Source: Actinomycetota bacterium
GTDB lineage: Bacteria; Actinomycetota; Actinomycetes; S36-B12
Reading direction: 5' to 3'
Assembly (NCBI GenBank): GCA_009699015.1
Contig: WLOY01000005.1
Location: forward strand, 1 to 57,670
DNA: 57,670 nt
In this document: positions 11,383 through 20,710 of the stretch, one piece after another
How positions within the stretch are numbered: the stretch's first letter is position 1
Layout: the number at the start of each line of letters is the position of its first letter
The notes under the pieces: model-generated
What the model saw: the letters and a program-made list of their open reading frames with translations, nothing else
Told to the model about the DNA's origin: nothing
Database searches by the model: none
Program-made: the position numbers and the translations under genes

Positions 11383-13485
11383 CTACTCGGGCAGGGATGC
11401 GATGCCCGGTGCCAGGAAGCGCTTCCCGGTGGCCCTAGAAGACGCCCCGCTTCGATCGAGGTAGGGGGTGAGTCCGCCGAGTGCGAACGGCATCCCTGCC
11501 CCGAGGATCATGCACAGGTCGAGGTCCTGCGGCCCGGTTACGACGCCATCGTCGAGCATGATGCGTGCCTCGCGGGCGAGCGCATCTGCAACCCTCTCGA
11601 GCACCTGTGCCTCGTCGAGCGCGGTATCGCCCTGCTCGAGAAGTGCGACGACCTCGGGATCGAGCTTCGGATTGCCCTTGCCCCCGGGCACGAAGATGCC
11701 CGGCTTGCCCGCCTCGACGATGCGGCGCAGGTTGTCGGAGAGCGGGTAGCGCTCCGGGAAGGCGTCGTGCAGGACCTCCATGACGTGGAAGGCGACCGCA
11801 GGTCCGACGAGTTGCATGAGCGTGAAGGGCGACATCGGCATGCCGAGCGGCCGCAGGGCACGGTCGGCGACGGCGAGATCGGTGCCCTCGTCGACTGCGC
11901 GGAAGACCTCAGCCATGACGAGGTTGAGGAGCCGGTTGACGACGAAGCCGGGAGTGTCCTGCACCAGGACCGTGGACTTCTTGAGCGTGCGGCCCACCGC
12001 GAAGGCCGTAGCGAGCGTGGCGTCATCGGTGCTCGCGGACGGGATGATCTCGAGCAGCGGCATGACGGCCACCGGGTTGAAGAAGTGGAACCCGACCACC
12101 CGCTCCGGATGCGACATCGCGCTCGACATCTCAGACAGGGAAAGCGATGAGGTGTTCGAGGCGATGACGCACGTGTCGGAGACGATGGCTTCGAGCTCGG
12201 CGAACACCTGCTGCTTGACGGCCATGTTCTCGAAGACAGCCTCGATGACGAAGCTCGCATCGGCGAACCCGTCCTTCGAGGTGCTTGCGCTGATGAGCGC
12301 GCCGAGCCGGTTGGCCATGTCGGGCTTCATCCGGCCCTTGGCTACCTGCTGCTCAAGCTCCTCCCGGACGAACGCGAGGCCCTTGTCGATCCGGTCCTGG
12401 TCGAGGTCGGTCATGATGACGGGGACCTGGAGCCGCTTGGCGAACAGGAGCGCGAGCTGGCTGGCCATGAGTCCGGCGCCAACGACGCCCACCAAGGTGA
12501 CGGGACGGGCGAGCGAGCGATCAGGTGCGCCGACCGGCGACTTCGCCCGCTTCTGGACGAGATCGAAGGCATACAGGGAGGCGCGGAGCTCATCGCCCAT
12601 GACGAGATCGGCGAGGGACTCGTCCTCGGCAGCAAAACCCTCGTCGCGCGTTGAGGTCTTGGCCGCCGCAATGAGATCGAGCGCCGCGTACGGCGACTTG
12701 AACGCGCCGTGGGTTCGGGCATCGAGGGTTGATCGCGCGAATCCGATGACGGTGTCCCAAAGGCCGCGGTCGGGATCCTTACGGGTGATGACGATCTCGC
12801 CGGTGAGGACGCGCGCGGCCCAGGTGAGGGACTGCTCGAGGAAATCAGCCGGTTCGAACATGGCGTCGAAGATGCCGAGCTTTCGGCCCTCGGCGGGCTT
12901 GAGCTGACGATTCATGGTCATGGCGTTCGTGAGGATCACCTGCATGGCGTCGGCGGGCCCGATGAGGTTCGGCAGGAGCCAGGCGCCGCCCCAGCCGGGG
13001 ACAAGGCCGAGGAAGACCTCGGGCAGCGACAGGGCAGCGGCGCCGCTCGACACCGTGCGGTAGGTGCAGTGCAGGGGAAGTTCGAACCCGCCGCCGATGG
13101 CGGCACCGTTGACGAACGCAAAGGTCGGGACATCGAGTTCGCCGAACCGGCGGAACACGTTGTGGCCGAGTTGTGCGATCTCAATGGCCTGCTCGCGGAC
13201 CCGCACGTGCGAGATGCCAGACAGGTCTGCGCCGACTGCGAAGATGAATGGCTTGCCGGTGACGCCCACCGCGACGATTCCGGGCGTGGCGATGATCTGG
13301 TCGAGCGCCGCGTCGAGCGAGGCCAGGCCAGCCGGGCCGAAGGTCGAGGGCCGGGTGTGGTCGCGGTCGTTGTCCAAGGTGATGAGCGCCATGGACCCGG
13401 CCCCCAGGGGCAGGTCGACGAGCCGTACCCGCGCATGGGTGACGACCTCGCCGGGAAGGGCGCCTTCGGTCTGAGTCGCGGTCAT
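11383..13485 (-). CDS. fadB: fatty acid beta-oxidation multifunctional enzyme (enoyl-CoA hydratase/3-hydroxyacyl-CoA dehydrogenase)
   Basis: Crotonase motifs FAVGADL, GGGFEL, PEVFLGLVPGWGG; VVGAGLMAS, EAVFE, SNTSSL, HFFNP. ATGA overlap with the thiolase. Confidence 0.93.
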   Translation of the reverse strand: MTATQTEGALPGEVVTHARVRLVDLPLGAGSMALITLDNDRDHTRPSTFGPAGLASLDAALDQIIATPGIVAVGVTGKPFIFAVGADLSGISHVRVREQAIEIAQLGHNVFRRFGELDVPTFAFVNGAAIGGGFELPLHCTYRTVSSGAAALSLPEVFLGLVPGWGGAWLLPNLIGPADAMQVILTNAMTMNRQLKPAEGRKLGIFDAMFEPADFLEQSLTWAARVLTGEIVITRKDPDRGLWDTVIGFARSTLDARTHGAFKSPYAALDLIAAAKTSTRDEGFAAEDESLADLVMGDELRASLYAFDLVQKRAKSPVGAPDRSLARPVTLVGVVGAGLMASQLALLFAKRLQVPVIMTDLDQDRIDKGLAFVREELEQQVAKGRMKPDMANRLGALISASTSKDGFADASFVIEAVFENMAVKQQVFAELEAIVSDTCVIASNTSSLSLSEMSSAMSHPERVVGFHFFNPVAVMPLLEIIPSASTDDATLATAFAVGRTLKKSTVLVQDTPGFVVNRLLNLVMAEVFRAVDEGTDLAVADRALRPLGMPMSPFTLMQLVGPAVAFHVMEVLHDAFPERYPLSDNLRRIVEAGKPGIFVPGGKGNPKLDPEVVALLEQGDTALDEAQVLERVADALAREARIMLDDGVVTGPQDLDLCMILGAGMPFALGGLTPYLDRSGASSRATGKRFLAPGIASLPE

Positions 13486-14675
13486 GCTGCACTCCCGTTG
13501 TTGAGGTTCTCCCAGATGACGGTCCCGCCCATGCCCAGCCCGATGCACATCGTCGTGATGCCGTAGCGGGCTGATGGGTCGTGCTCGAAGTCTCGAGCGA
13601 GGTAGTTCATGAGCCGGATGCCGCTCGATGCGAGGGGATGCCCAACGGCGATCGCACCGCCCATCGGATTCACTCGCGGATCCTCGTCGTCGATCCCGAA
13701 GTGGTCGAGGAATGCGAGGACCTGCACCGCGAATGCCTCGTTGATCTCGAACAGGTCGATGTCGGTGATGGTGAGCCCGGCCCGTCGCAGGGCCTTCTCG
13801 GTGCTCGGCACCGGCCCGACGCCCATGACCTCCGGCTCGACGCCGGCGAAGGCGAACCCGACCATGCGCATCTTCGCTGTGAGGCCGAGTTCGGTGGCGA
13901 TATCGGCCCCGGCGAGCAGTGCTGCCGTGGCGCCATCGGTGAGTCCGGAGCTATTGCCAGCGGTCACCCGGCCGTGCGGGCGAAATGGTGTCTTGAGGCC
14001 GGCCAGACCTGCGAGGGTGGTGTCGGCACGAGGCACCTCGTCGACGGTGACCAGGCCCCAGCCCTGCTCGCCGTCGCGGACGGCGACGGGGACGAGATCG
14101 ACCTGGATGCGACCCTCGGAATAGGCCTTGGCCGTCTTTGACTGGGACGAGACGGCGTAGGCATCGGCCCGCTCCTTCGTGATCGAAGGGAAGCGATCGT
14201 GCAAGTTCTCGGCGGTCTTGCCCATGAGGAGTGCCTCAGGGTCGACGAGCCTCTCGGCGAGGAATCTTGGATTGGGGTCGACGCCCTCGCCCATTGGGTG
14301 CCGGGACATGTTCTCGACGCCGCCGGCGAGGGCCAGGTCAATCTGCCCGGCCATGATCGCCGATGAGACGGTCGTGACGGCGGTCATGGCACCGGCGCAC
14401 ATGCGATCGATCGCGTATCCGGGCACCGAGCTCGGCAGGCCCGCGAGGAGCGCAGCCGAGCGTCCGATGGTCATGCCCTGATCGCCGGTCTGTGTCGTGG
14501 CGGCAATGGCGACCTCGTCGATGCGCGCCGGCGGAACATTCGGGTTACGGCGAAGCAGTTCGCGCATGGCCTTGACGACGAGGTCGTCGGACCGTGTTTC
14601 GCGGTAGGCCCCTCCGGCCTTGCCGAAGGGGGTGCGAACCCCGTCGACGAACACAACATCGCGTGCCTCTGCCAT
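13482..14675 (-). CDS. fadA: acetyl-CoA C-acyltransferase (thiolase)
   Basis: RTPFGK, DRMCAG, EINEAF, GHPLASSG, MCIGLGMG. Confidence 0.95.
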   Translation of the reverse strand: MAEARDVVFVDGVRTPFGKAGGAYRETRSDDLVVKAMRELLRRNPNVPPARIDEVAIAATTQTGDQGMTIGRSAALLAGLPSSVPGYAIDRMCAGAMTAVTTVSSAIMAGQIDLALAGGVENMSRHPMGEGVDPNPRFLAERLVDPEALLMGKTAENLHDRFPSITKERADAYAVSSQSKTAKAYSEGRIQVDLVPVAVRDGEQGWGLVTVDEVPRADTTLAGLAGLKTPFRPHGRVTAGNSSGLTDGATAALLAGADIATELGLTAKMRMVGFAFAGVEPEVMGVGPVPSTEKALRRAGLTITDIDLFEINEAFAVQVLAFLDHFGIDDEDPRVNPMGGAIAVGHPLASSGIRLMNYLARDFEHDPSARYGITTMCIGLGMGGTVIWENLNNGSAA

Positions 14676-14709
14676 GACTGTCCCCTTGGGTTGCCGACTC
14701 GGTTGCCTC

Positions 14710-14728
14710 ATATTACCGGTCAGTAACA
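14710..14728 (-). promoter_or_regulatory. fadAB promoter -10 (TAATAT) overlapped by a TTAC-N6-GTAA palindrome
   Basis: Plus strand ATATTACCGGTCAGTAACA, an AT-rich dyad in the short rnd-fadA gap. Confidence 0.55.
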
Positions 14729-14735
14729 AGCGCGG

Positions 14736-15998
14736 CTACGGCGCCACCGACACGGCACCGGCAAGGGCCACCGAGGTAAGTCGCACCTGCCACTCCCGTG
14801 CGCCGCCATCCCGGAGGAAATCCTCGATCGCAGCCTGCGTGGCCGGCTCGGGCGGCTCCCAGCAGAGCCGCCGCACGAGATCGGGGGTGAGGAGGTTCTC
14901 GGCGGGCATCTCGATGCGATCGAGGATGACCGCGAGCGCCTCCTTCGCGGCCTCGAGGCGCGCGAATGCCTCGGGGTTGCGCTCGGGCCAGTTGCGCGGC
15001 GGCGGCGGGCCGGTGGGTGGCGGGCTCACTTCGGGCAGCTCGGATTCCGGCAGCGCCATCGCAGCTGAGACCGCGTTCCACCAGGCGGGCAGCCGGCGCT
15101 GCTGACCGCGGCCGCTGAACTCCTTCAGTGCACCGAGGGCATCCTTGGAGATGGGCAGCGCAGTGGCGGCCGCCACGATCGCCGCATCGGGAAGGATGCG
15201 GCCCTGGGCGATGTCGCTGCGGCGCGCCACCTCATCGCGAGCGAACCACAGCGATCGCACCACCCCGAGGGCTCGTGCCTTGCGCAGCCGGTGGATTCCC
15301 GACGTGCGCCGCCATGCGTCGTCGCCCCGCTCGCGGGGGGCGAAGTGGACGAGCGCCGCGAACTCCTCGTGCGCCCAGTCGAGCTTGCCCGAGGCCTCGA
15401 GCTCGTCGTGCATGCGGTCACGCAGTTCGACGAGCAGCTCGACGTCGAGGGCGGCATACCGCAACTGATTGGGGGTGAGCGGCCGAAGGGACCAGTCGGC
15501 GGACCCGTGGCCCTTCTCGAGTACCTCGCCGAGCTCAGCCGCGACGAGAGCGGCGAGGCCCACCTTCTCCCTGCCGAGGAGTCGGCCGGCCAGCTCGGTG
15601 TCGAACAGGACTGTCGGGCGCAGGCCGATCTCGGCGAGGCAGGCGAGGTCCTGGGTCGCTGCATGGAGGATCCATTCGACACCCGCCGTCGCTGCCTGGA
15701 TGACGGAGAGATCGGGCAGGTCGATCGGGTCGATGAGTGCTGTGCCTGCGCCCTCGCGGCGCAGTTGCACGAGGTAGGCGCGCTGGCTGTAGCGGTATCC
15801 TGATGCACGCTCGGCGTCGAGCGCGAGCGGGCCGGACCCGGCGGCGAGCCGGGAGGCGTATTCCGCGAGGGCCTCGCGGGTCGTGATGACCTCGGGGACG
15901 CCATCGCGCGGCTCCAGGGGCGCCAACTCAAGGGGCCCTGTCTCGGATGCTGTCTCGGATGCAGTCTCGTCTGGGACTGATTCCTCGGGGATCGTCAC
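14736..15998 (-). CDS. rnd: ribonuclease D (3'-5' exonuclease plus HRDC)
   Basis: ALDAERASG, LHAATQDL, FDTELA, DWSLRPL, YAALDVELL and an HRDC tail. GTG start after GAAGGA. Confidence 0.9.
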   Translation of the reverse strand: MTIPEESVPDETASETASETGPLELAPLEPRDGVPEVITTREALAEYASRLAAGSGPLALDAERASGYRYSQRAYLVQLRREGAGTALIDPIDLPDLSVIQAATAGVEWILHAATQDLACLAEIGLRPTVLFDTELAGRLLGREKVGLAALVAAELGEVLEKGHGSADWSLRPLTPNQLRYAALDVELLVELRDRMHDELEASGKLDWAHEEFAALVHFAPRERGDDAWRRTSGIHRLRKARALGVVRSLWFARDEVARRSDIAQGRILPDAAIVAAATALPISKDALGALKEFSGRGQQRRLPAWWNAVSAAMALPESELPEVSPPPTGPPPPRNWPERNPEAFARLEAAKEALAVILDRIEMPAENLLTPDLVRRLCWEPPEPATQAAIEDFLRDGGAREWQVRLTSVALAGAVSVAP

Positions 15999-16026
15999 GT
16001 CATCCTTCGTCTGAACCGGCGCATCC

Positions 16027-16635
16027 TCAGGAGTGCACCGGCGATGGGTGGATCTGGGACTGCTGGACATGCCGGACGCCTGGCGCCATGGGCACGAGCC
16101 CGGTCGCATGCCGAAGGAGCTCGATCCATGCTTCGACGTGGCGCTCCATCACATCGTAAACGGGTGTCGAGCCAACGGGGGCAGGGGTCCATGAGGCCCG
16201 TATCTCGACGAAGCCATCGCGCGGCCGATCGCTGAGCGAGCCGAATGACTGGCCGGCTGTCGCGGTCACCGTGCCGCCGAGCTGCACTGCGTGGGCTGCG
16301 GTCTCGGCGAGGGACTCGACGAGCCAACTCCAGCCGACCTCATGGAGCATGGGGTCGGCGACGAGATCCGGCTCGAGCGCTGCCCTGGCGAAGACGACCG
16401 CGCGAAAGTCCCCGTCCCACTCGTCGACGCCATCGGGATCGTGGAGGAGGACGAAGCGACCGGACACCGGGTCGCGGTCGTCGATGGCCGATTCGACGGT
16501 GAGTGCAAGGGCGAACGGCGCAAGGCGCTGCGGGGCCGGGGCCTCGTCAACCCGAAACTCCGGCCGGATCCGGGCCTCGCGCACGCGGGCCGCAGCCTGC
16601 ATGAACGACTCCGCGCCCGCTGTCACTGTCCTCAC
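16027..16635 (-). CDS. DUF3000 family protein
   Basis: PAPQRLAP, GRFVLLHDPDG, VGWSWL, EIRASWTP; canonical neighbour of rnd. Confidence 0.85.
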   Translation of the reverse strand: MRTVTAGAESFMQAAARVREARIRPEFRVDEAPAPQRLAPFALALTVESAIDDRDPVSGRFVLLHDPDGVDEWDGDFRAVVFARAALEPDLVADPMLHEVGWSWLVESLAETAAHAVQLGGTVTATAGQSFGSLSDRPRDGFVEIRASWTPAPVGSTPVYDVMERHVEAWIELLRHATGLVPMAPGVRHVQQSQIHPSPVHS

Positions 16636-16682
16636 CTCCGCAGGCTACGCGCACTTGGGTGCGGGACGGAGATCGGCGCGCC

Positions 16683-16746
16683 GGGTCCGGGGGTCGGGTC
16701 CGGGGGGCGGGTCCAGGGGTCGGGTCCGGGGGTCGGCTCGGGGGTC
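16683..16746 (+). repeat. G-rich 13-bp tandem repeat (GGGTCCGGGGGTC x~5)
   Basis: Units start at 16683, 16696, 16709, 16722 and 16735 (last is 12 bp and degenerate). Confidence 0.85.
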
Positions 16747-16794
16747 GGGCCTCGCGGTCACCGACCCCGACGCTCTCACCTACAGTCAGCAGGC

Positions 16795-17628
16795 ATGGGG
16801 GCTCTCCTGGCACTGGCGTCATCGCTCATGTGGGGTGCGGGCGACTTCGTCGGCGGGATGACGAGCCGCAGGCGCCCCGCGCTCGCCGTGTACCTCGGGT
16901 CGCAGGTCTTCGGGTTCCTCGGCCTCATCGTGGCTGCGACGGTCACCGGCGCGTGGGGCACGGCACCGGCGTACTGGCCGTGGGCGATTGCGGGCTCGAT
17001 TGCCGGGGTGATCGGCATGTACGCGTTCTATCAGGCGCTCGCGATCGGTCCGATGGGGATCGTGTCACCGCTCGTCGCACTGGCGGTGGTCATCCCCGTG
17101 ACGTTCGGGCTCATCCAGGGCGAGACTCCCTCGTCCCTCCAGGGCGTCGGGATCATCGCGGCCATCATCGGCGTCCTGCTCGCGTCGGGTCCTGAGCTCA
17201 GCGGAGCCGAGTCCGCCAAGCCCCTCGGCTATGCCGCCGTTGCCCTCGTGTTCTTCGGCGTCATGTTCATCACGATCGCCGAGGGCAGCAAGACGAGCGC
17301 GCTCATGACGATGACGGGCATGCGCACGACGTCGATGGTCCTCGTCGTCATCGCGGTTCTCGTGTTCCGCTCGAAGGGCGGCCTCACCCCCCGGGACTTG
17401 CCGGTGCTTGCGTTCGTCGGGCTCCTTGATGCTGCCGCGAACGTGACGTACGGCGTTGCGACGACCCTTGGCCTGCTGTCGACCACCGCGGTGCTGGGGT
17501 CGCTGTACCCGGTCGTGACCGCGATCCTCGCGGCGGTGGTGCTGAAGGAGCGGCTACGCCCGGTGCAGTACGCGGGAGTGTGCGTGACGATGCTCGGGGT
17601 CTTCCTAGTGAGTGCGGGCGGAGTGTAG
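16795..17628 (+). CDS. EamA/DMT-family transporter
   Basis: About 10 TM segments, WGAGDFVGG, GPMGIVSP, SLYPVVT...LKERL. Confidence 0.9.
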   Translation: MGALLALASSLMWGAGDFVGGMTSRRRPALAVYLGSQVFGFLGLIVAATVTGAWGTAPAYWPWAIAGSIAGVIGMYAFYQALAIGPMGIVSPLVALAVVIPVTFGLIQGETPSSLQGVGIIAAIIGVLLASGPELSGAESAKPLGYAAVALVFFGVMFITIAEGSKTSALMTMTGMRTTSMVLVVIAVLVFRSKGGLTPRDLPVLAFVGLLDAAANVTYGVATTLGLLSTTAVLGSLYPVVTAILAAVVLKERLRPVQYAGVCVTMLGVFLVSAGGV

Positions 17629-17640
17629 GTCCCGGCGGGC

Positions 17641-17700
17641 TGACGGACTGGCCAGCTTACGGACTGGCCAGCCGACGGACTGGCCAACCGACGGACTGAC
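17641..17700 (+). repeat. 16-bp tandem repeat (YGACGGACTGGCCAGC x~3.7)
   Basis: tgacggactggccagc/ttacggactggccagc/cgacggactggccaac/cgacggactgac, between convergent genes. Confidence 0.85.
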
Positions 17701-17719
17701 GCCGCGGCGTGCGCCGCGA

Positions 17720-18175
17720 CTACGACTCGGCAGGGGCGAGCCGGAGCGAGATGGAGTTGATGCAGTAGCGCAGGTCGGTCGGGGTGGCGTAGCCCTCGCC
17801 CTGGAACACGTGGCCCAGATGGCCGCCGCAGGCGGCGCACCGGACCTCGGTGCGCACCGATCCGAGCGATCGGTCCTCGATGGTGACGATCCGATCCTGT
17901 GCGAGGGGGGAGAAGAAACTCGGCCACCCGCAGTGCGAGTCGAATTTCGTGTCGCTGCGGAACAGTTCCTCGCCGCATGCGCGGCAGGAGTAGACGCCCT
18001 CGGTCAAGGTGTCGGTGTACTCGCCGACGAACGGCCGTTCGGTGCCAGCCTCGCGCAGGACGTGGTACTCGAGCGGGGTCAGCTCCTCCCGCCACTCGGA
18101 CTCCGGCTTCGAGACCGGGTAGGGAGTGCCGTCAGGCTGGAGGTTCTTGCTTGTCACGGGGGTGTTGTTGCTCAT
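17720..18175 (-). CDS. msrB: peptide-methionine (R)-S-oxide reductase
   Basis: GTERPF, CRACG, SHCGWPSF, GHLGHVF, RYCINS. Confidence 0.96.
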   Translation of the reverse strand: MSNNTPVTSKNLQPDGTPYPVSKPESEWREELTPLEYHVLREAGTERPFVGEYTDTLTEGVYSCRACGEELFRSDTKFDSHCGWPSFFSPLAQDRIVTIEDRSLGSVRTEVRCAACGGHLGHVFQGEGYATPTDLRYCINSISLRLAPAES

Positions 18176-18230
18176 GGGCAAACGCTAAGCCCTGTCCCGG
18201 GCCGGCGGGAAGTGCGGCCTGCATGGGAGC

Positions 18231-18776
18231 ATGGGCTCCATGAGCGACACCCTTGACACCATGACCTCGTGGCTGAGCTCGCAGGAGATGGCCACGGCAC
18301 GCGAACGGCTGCCGATCGTGTACGTCGATGCGATCCCAGTGCGCACTGACTCCCAGGGCGCGGTCACCGAGGTCGGCCTGCTGCTCCGCGCCATGCCCGA
18401 CGGCACGATCAGCCGGGCGGTGGTCTCCGGCCGGATCCTGCACGGCGAGCGCGTGCGCGATGCCCTGCTACGCCACATCGAGAAGGACCTCGGGGCAATG
18501 GCCCTGCCGCAGGTACCGCCGTCGCCCCAGCCATTCACTGTCGTCGAGTACTTCCCGGACCCGACGGTGACGGGCTTCGTCGACCCGAGACAGCATGCCG
18601 TGTCCCTTGCCTTCATCGTCCCGATTGCCGGCGACTGCGCGCCGTCGCAGGACGCCCTCGACCTCGTGTGGGTCACTCCGGAGGAGGCGTCCACCGTCGA
18701 GTTCCAGGGAGAAATGTCCGGTGGCCAGGGACGACTCGTGCGGATGGGCCTCGCACATTGCGGACTCCTCCCATAG
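18231..18776 (+). CDS. NUDIX-fold DUF4916 family protein
   Basis: LPIVYVDAIPVR, VSGRILHGE, EYFPDP, DPRQHAVSLA. Confidence 0.8.
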   Translation: MGSMSDTLDTMTSWLSSQEMATARERLPIVYVDAIPVRTDSQGAVTEVGLLLRAMPDGTISRAVVSGRILHGERVRDALLRHIEKDLGAMALPQVPPSPQPFTVVEYFPDPTVTGFVDPRQHAVSLAFIVPIAGDCAPSQDALDLVWVTPEEASTVEFQGEMSGGQGRLVRMGLAHCGLLP

Positions 18777-18845
18777 TCTGCGTGATGCTGCCCTCGTCGG
18801 GGGCACTTGGCGTGGGGTCGGGGAACTGCCCCGGGAAGGTTGAAC

Positions 18846-19103
18846 ATGAGTGAATTCGGCAAGGCGGCGACTGAGGGCAAGCGAATCTCAGCGCGCGGCG
18901 TCATCGCCATCATCATTCTCATCATCGCAGTGGTCTTCATGGCGCAGAACACCACTGACGTGACCATCAAGGTCATCGGCTACAGCTTCGAGGTTTGGCT
19001 GTGGGCACTCATCCTCGTCGTCTTCCTGCTCGGCATGTTCCTCGGTGGCGCCGTGCGCGCGGGCGTCCGCAAGCTCCGTGGCGTGGAGAAGGCCCCGAAG
19101 TAG
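18846..19103 (+). CDS. LapA/DUF1049-like small membrane protein
   Basis: TM-FMAQNT-TM-basic tail. Confidence 0.75.
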   Translation: MSEFGKAATEGKRISARGVIAIIILIIAVVFMAQNTTDVTIKVIGYSFEVWLWALILVVFLLGMFLGGAVRAGVRKLRGVEKAPK

Positions 19104-19137
19104 ATCTGTTGATGGATCGACTCGACCCGTACGGCGC

Positions 19138-19632
19138 CTAGTCGTCGTACGGGTCGACGCCGAGCAGGGTCTCGTCCTCCGGCGTCAGGTCACCCACCGG
19201 TCCGTCGAACTGGTCACGGTCGACGTCCGCTCGCTCCTGCGGAGTCTCATCGTCGAGGTAGCCGATCTCCTCCGGGCGCTGGGGATCAACGACGTGCATC
19301 GCCGCCTCCTCCGGGTTCACCCACCGCTCGGGAGTGAGACCGCCTGCGTGCATCGGGTCGTCGCTCGAATCCTCGGCGTCCTCCATCGCGAGCAGGGTCT
19401 CGGCGTCCTCGAGTGGATAGGGCCTGCCCTCGACTGAGCCGTCGACCTCGTCGCCGGTGAGACCGCGGTAGACCGCCTCGGCCTCCATGATGAGCCGCAA
19501 TCGCTCGGCCTGGTCCGCCGCGTCCCCCGGCGAGTTGAGGTCGCCGGCTGTCTCGCGGATGACGTCCTGCGGCCCTGATGGTCGCAGGCGCTCGCTGGCG
19601 AGATGCTCGCTTGATCGTGAAGTGTCGGTCAT
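19138..19632 (-). CDS. acidic hypothetical protein with DUF5709-like motif
   Basis: RBS GGAGGTGG; PEEAAMHVVD motif; very Asp/Glu-rich. Confidence 0.65.
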   Translation of the reverse strand: MTDTSRSSEHLASERLRPSGPQDVIRETAGDLNSPGDAADQAERLRLIMEAEAVYRGLTGDEVDGSVEGRPYPLEDAETLLAMEDAEDSSDDPMHAGGLTPERWVNPEEAAMHVVDPQRPEEIGYLDDETPQERADVDRDQFDGPVGDLTPEDETLLGVDPYDD

Positions 19633-19731
19633 CGTGCCCACCTCCCGGTGGCTGGTTGTCCGTTCCTTCAGGCTAGGCGCCGGAAGGCAGCGAAGCGATG
19701 TTTTGACCCGGCAGTTCATTAGAGTGTTCCC

Positions 19732-20676
19732 ATGACCGCCCTTGCTGATGACCTCACCGCCCAGCGACTGCTGATCGACCTCGAACCCGTTGTCGAGGTC
19801 GAGCTCAACCGGCACCTGTCGACTGCGAAGGAATGGTTTCCGCACGAGTACATTCCGTGGGACGAGGCCGAGAACTTCAGCGGCCCCCTCGGCGGCCGTG
19901 AGTGGACCCCGCAGGAGCGACGCTTCAGCGAGGCGGCCCGCACGAGCCTGGTCATCAACCTTCTCACCGAGGACAACCTGCCGAGCTACCACTACGAGAT
20001 CGCCACCCACATGGGTCGTGACGGTGCGTGGGGCACCTGGGTGGGCCGGTGGACCGCCGAGGAGGGCCGGCACGGCACGGCGATCCGCGACTACCTGCTC
20101 GTGACTCGGTCGGTCGACCCGATCGAGCTCGAGCGGGCACGGATGATCCACATGGAGGCGGGCTTCGCGGCCATCCATCCGGGCCTCCTTGGCGGCCTCG
20201 CCTACGTGTCATTCCAGGAGCTCGCCACCCGGGTCTCGCACCGGAACACGGGTGCCGCGACCCAGGATCCGATCGCGGAGCAGCTCCTCGCTCGCATCGC
20301 GCTCGACGAGAACCTCCACATGATCTTCTACCGCAACACCTATGCCGCAGCCCTCGACCTTGCGCCGGATCTCGCGATGCGGTCCGTGACAGACAATGTC
20401 CGGGACTTCGCGATGCCCGGCCACGGCATCGAGGGCTTCGGGCGCAAGGCGGTCGAGATCGCGGTCGCCGGGATCTACGACCTCAAGCAGCATCGCGACG
20501 AGGTCATCATGCCGGTCCTGCGCAAGTGGCAGATCTTCGAGCGCAACGACTTCGGGCCCGAGGGCGAGGCGGCGCGCGATGAGCTCGCCGCGATCCTCGC
20601 CGACATGGACGTCGCGGTCAATCGGTTCGAGGAGCGTCGCGAGGCGCTTCGGGCCCGGCTCGCCGCGCGCGACTGA
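19732..20676 (+). CDS. desA: acyl-ACP desaturase (DesA-like, di-iron)
   Basis: LLTEDNLPSYH, WTAEEGRHG, FQELAT, DENLH. Confidence 0.93.
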   Translation: MTALADDLTAQRLLIDLEPVVEVELNRHLSTAKEWFPHEYIPWDEAENFSGPLGGREWTPQERRFSEAARTSLVINLLTEDNLPSYHYEIATHMGRDGAWGTWVGRWTAEEGRHGTAIRDYLLVTRSVDPIELERARMIHMEAGFAAIHPGLLGGLAYVSFQELATRVSHRNTGAATQDPIAEQLLARIALDENLHMIFYRNTYAAALDLAPDLAMRSVTDNVRDFAMPGHGIEGFGRKAVEIAVAGIYDLKQHRDEVIMPVLRKWQIFERNDFGPEGEAARDELAAILADMDVAVNRFEERREALRARLAARD

Positions 20677-20710
20677 TCACGATCATCACTCGCTGATCGC
20701 GCGAGACCGC

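Noticed and set aside
16683-17700. Short repeats as a possible CRISPR array
   Set aside because: The units are contiguous, with no unique spacers and no cas genes.
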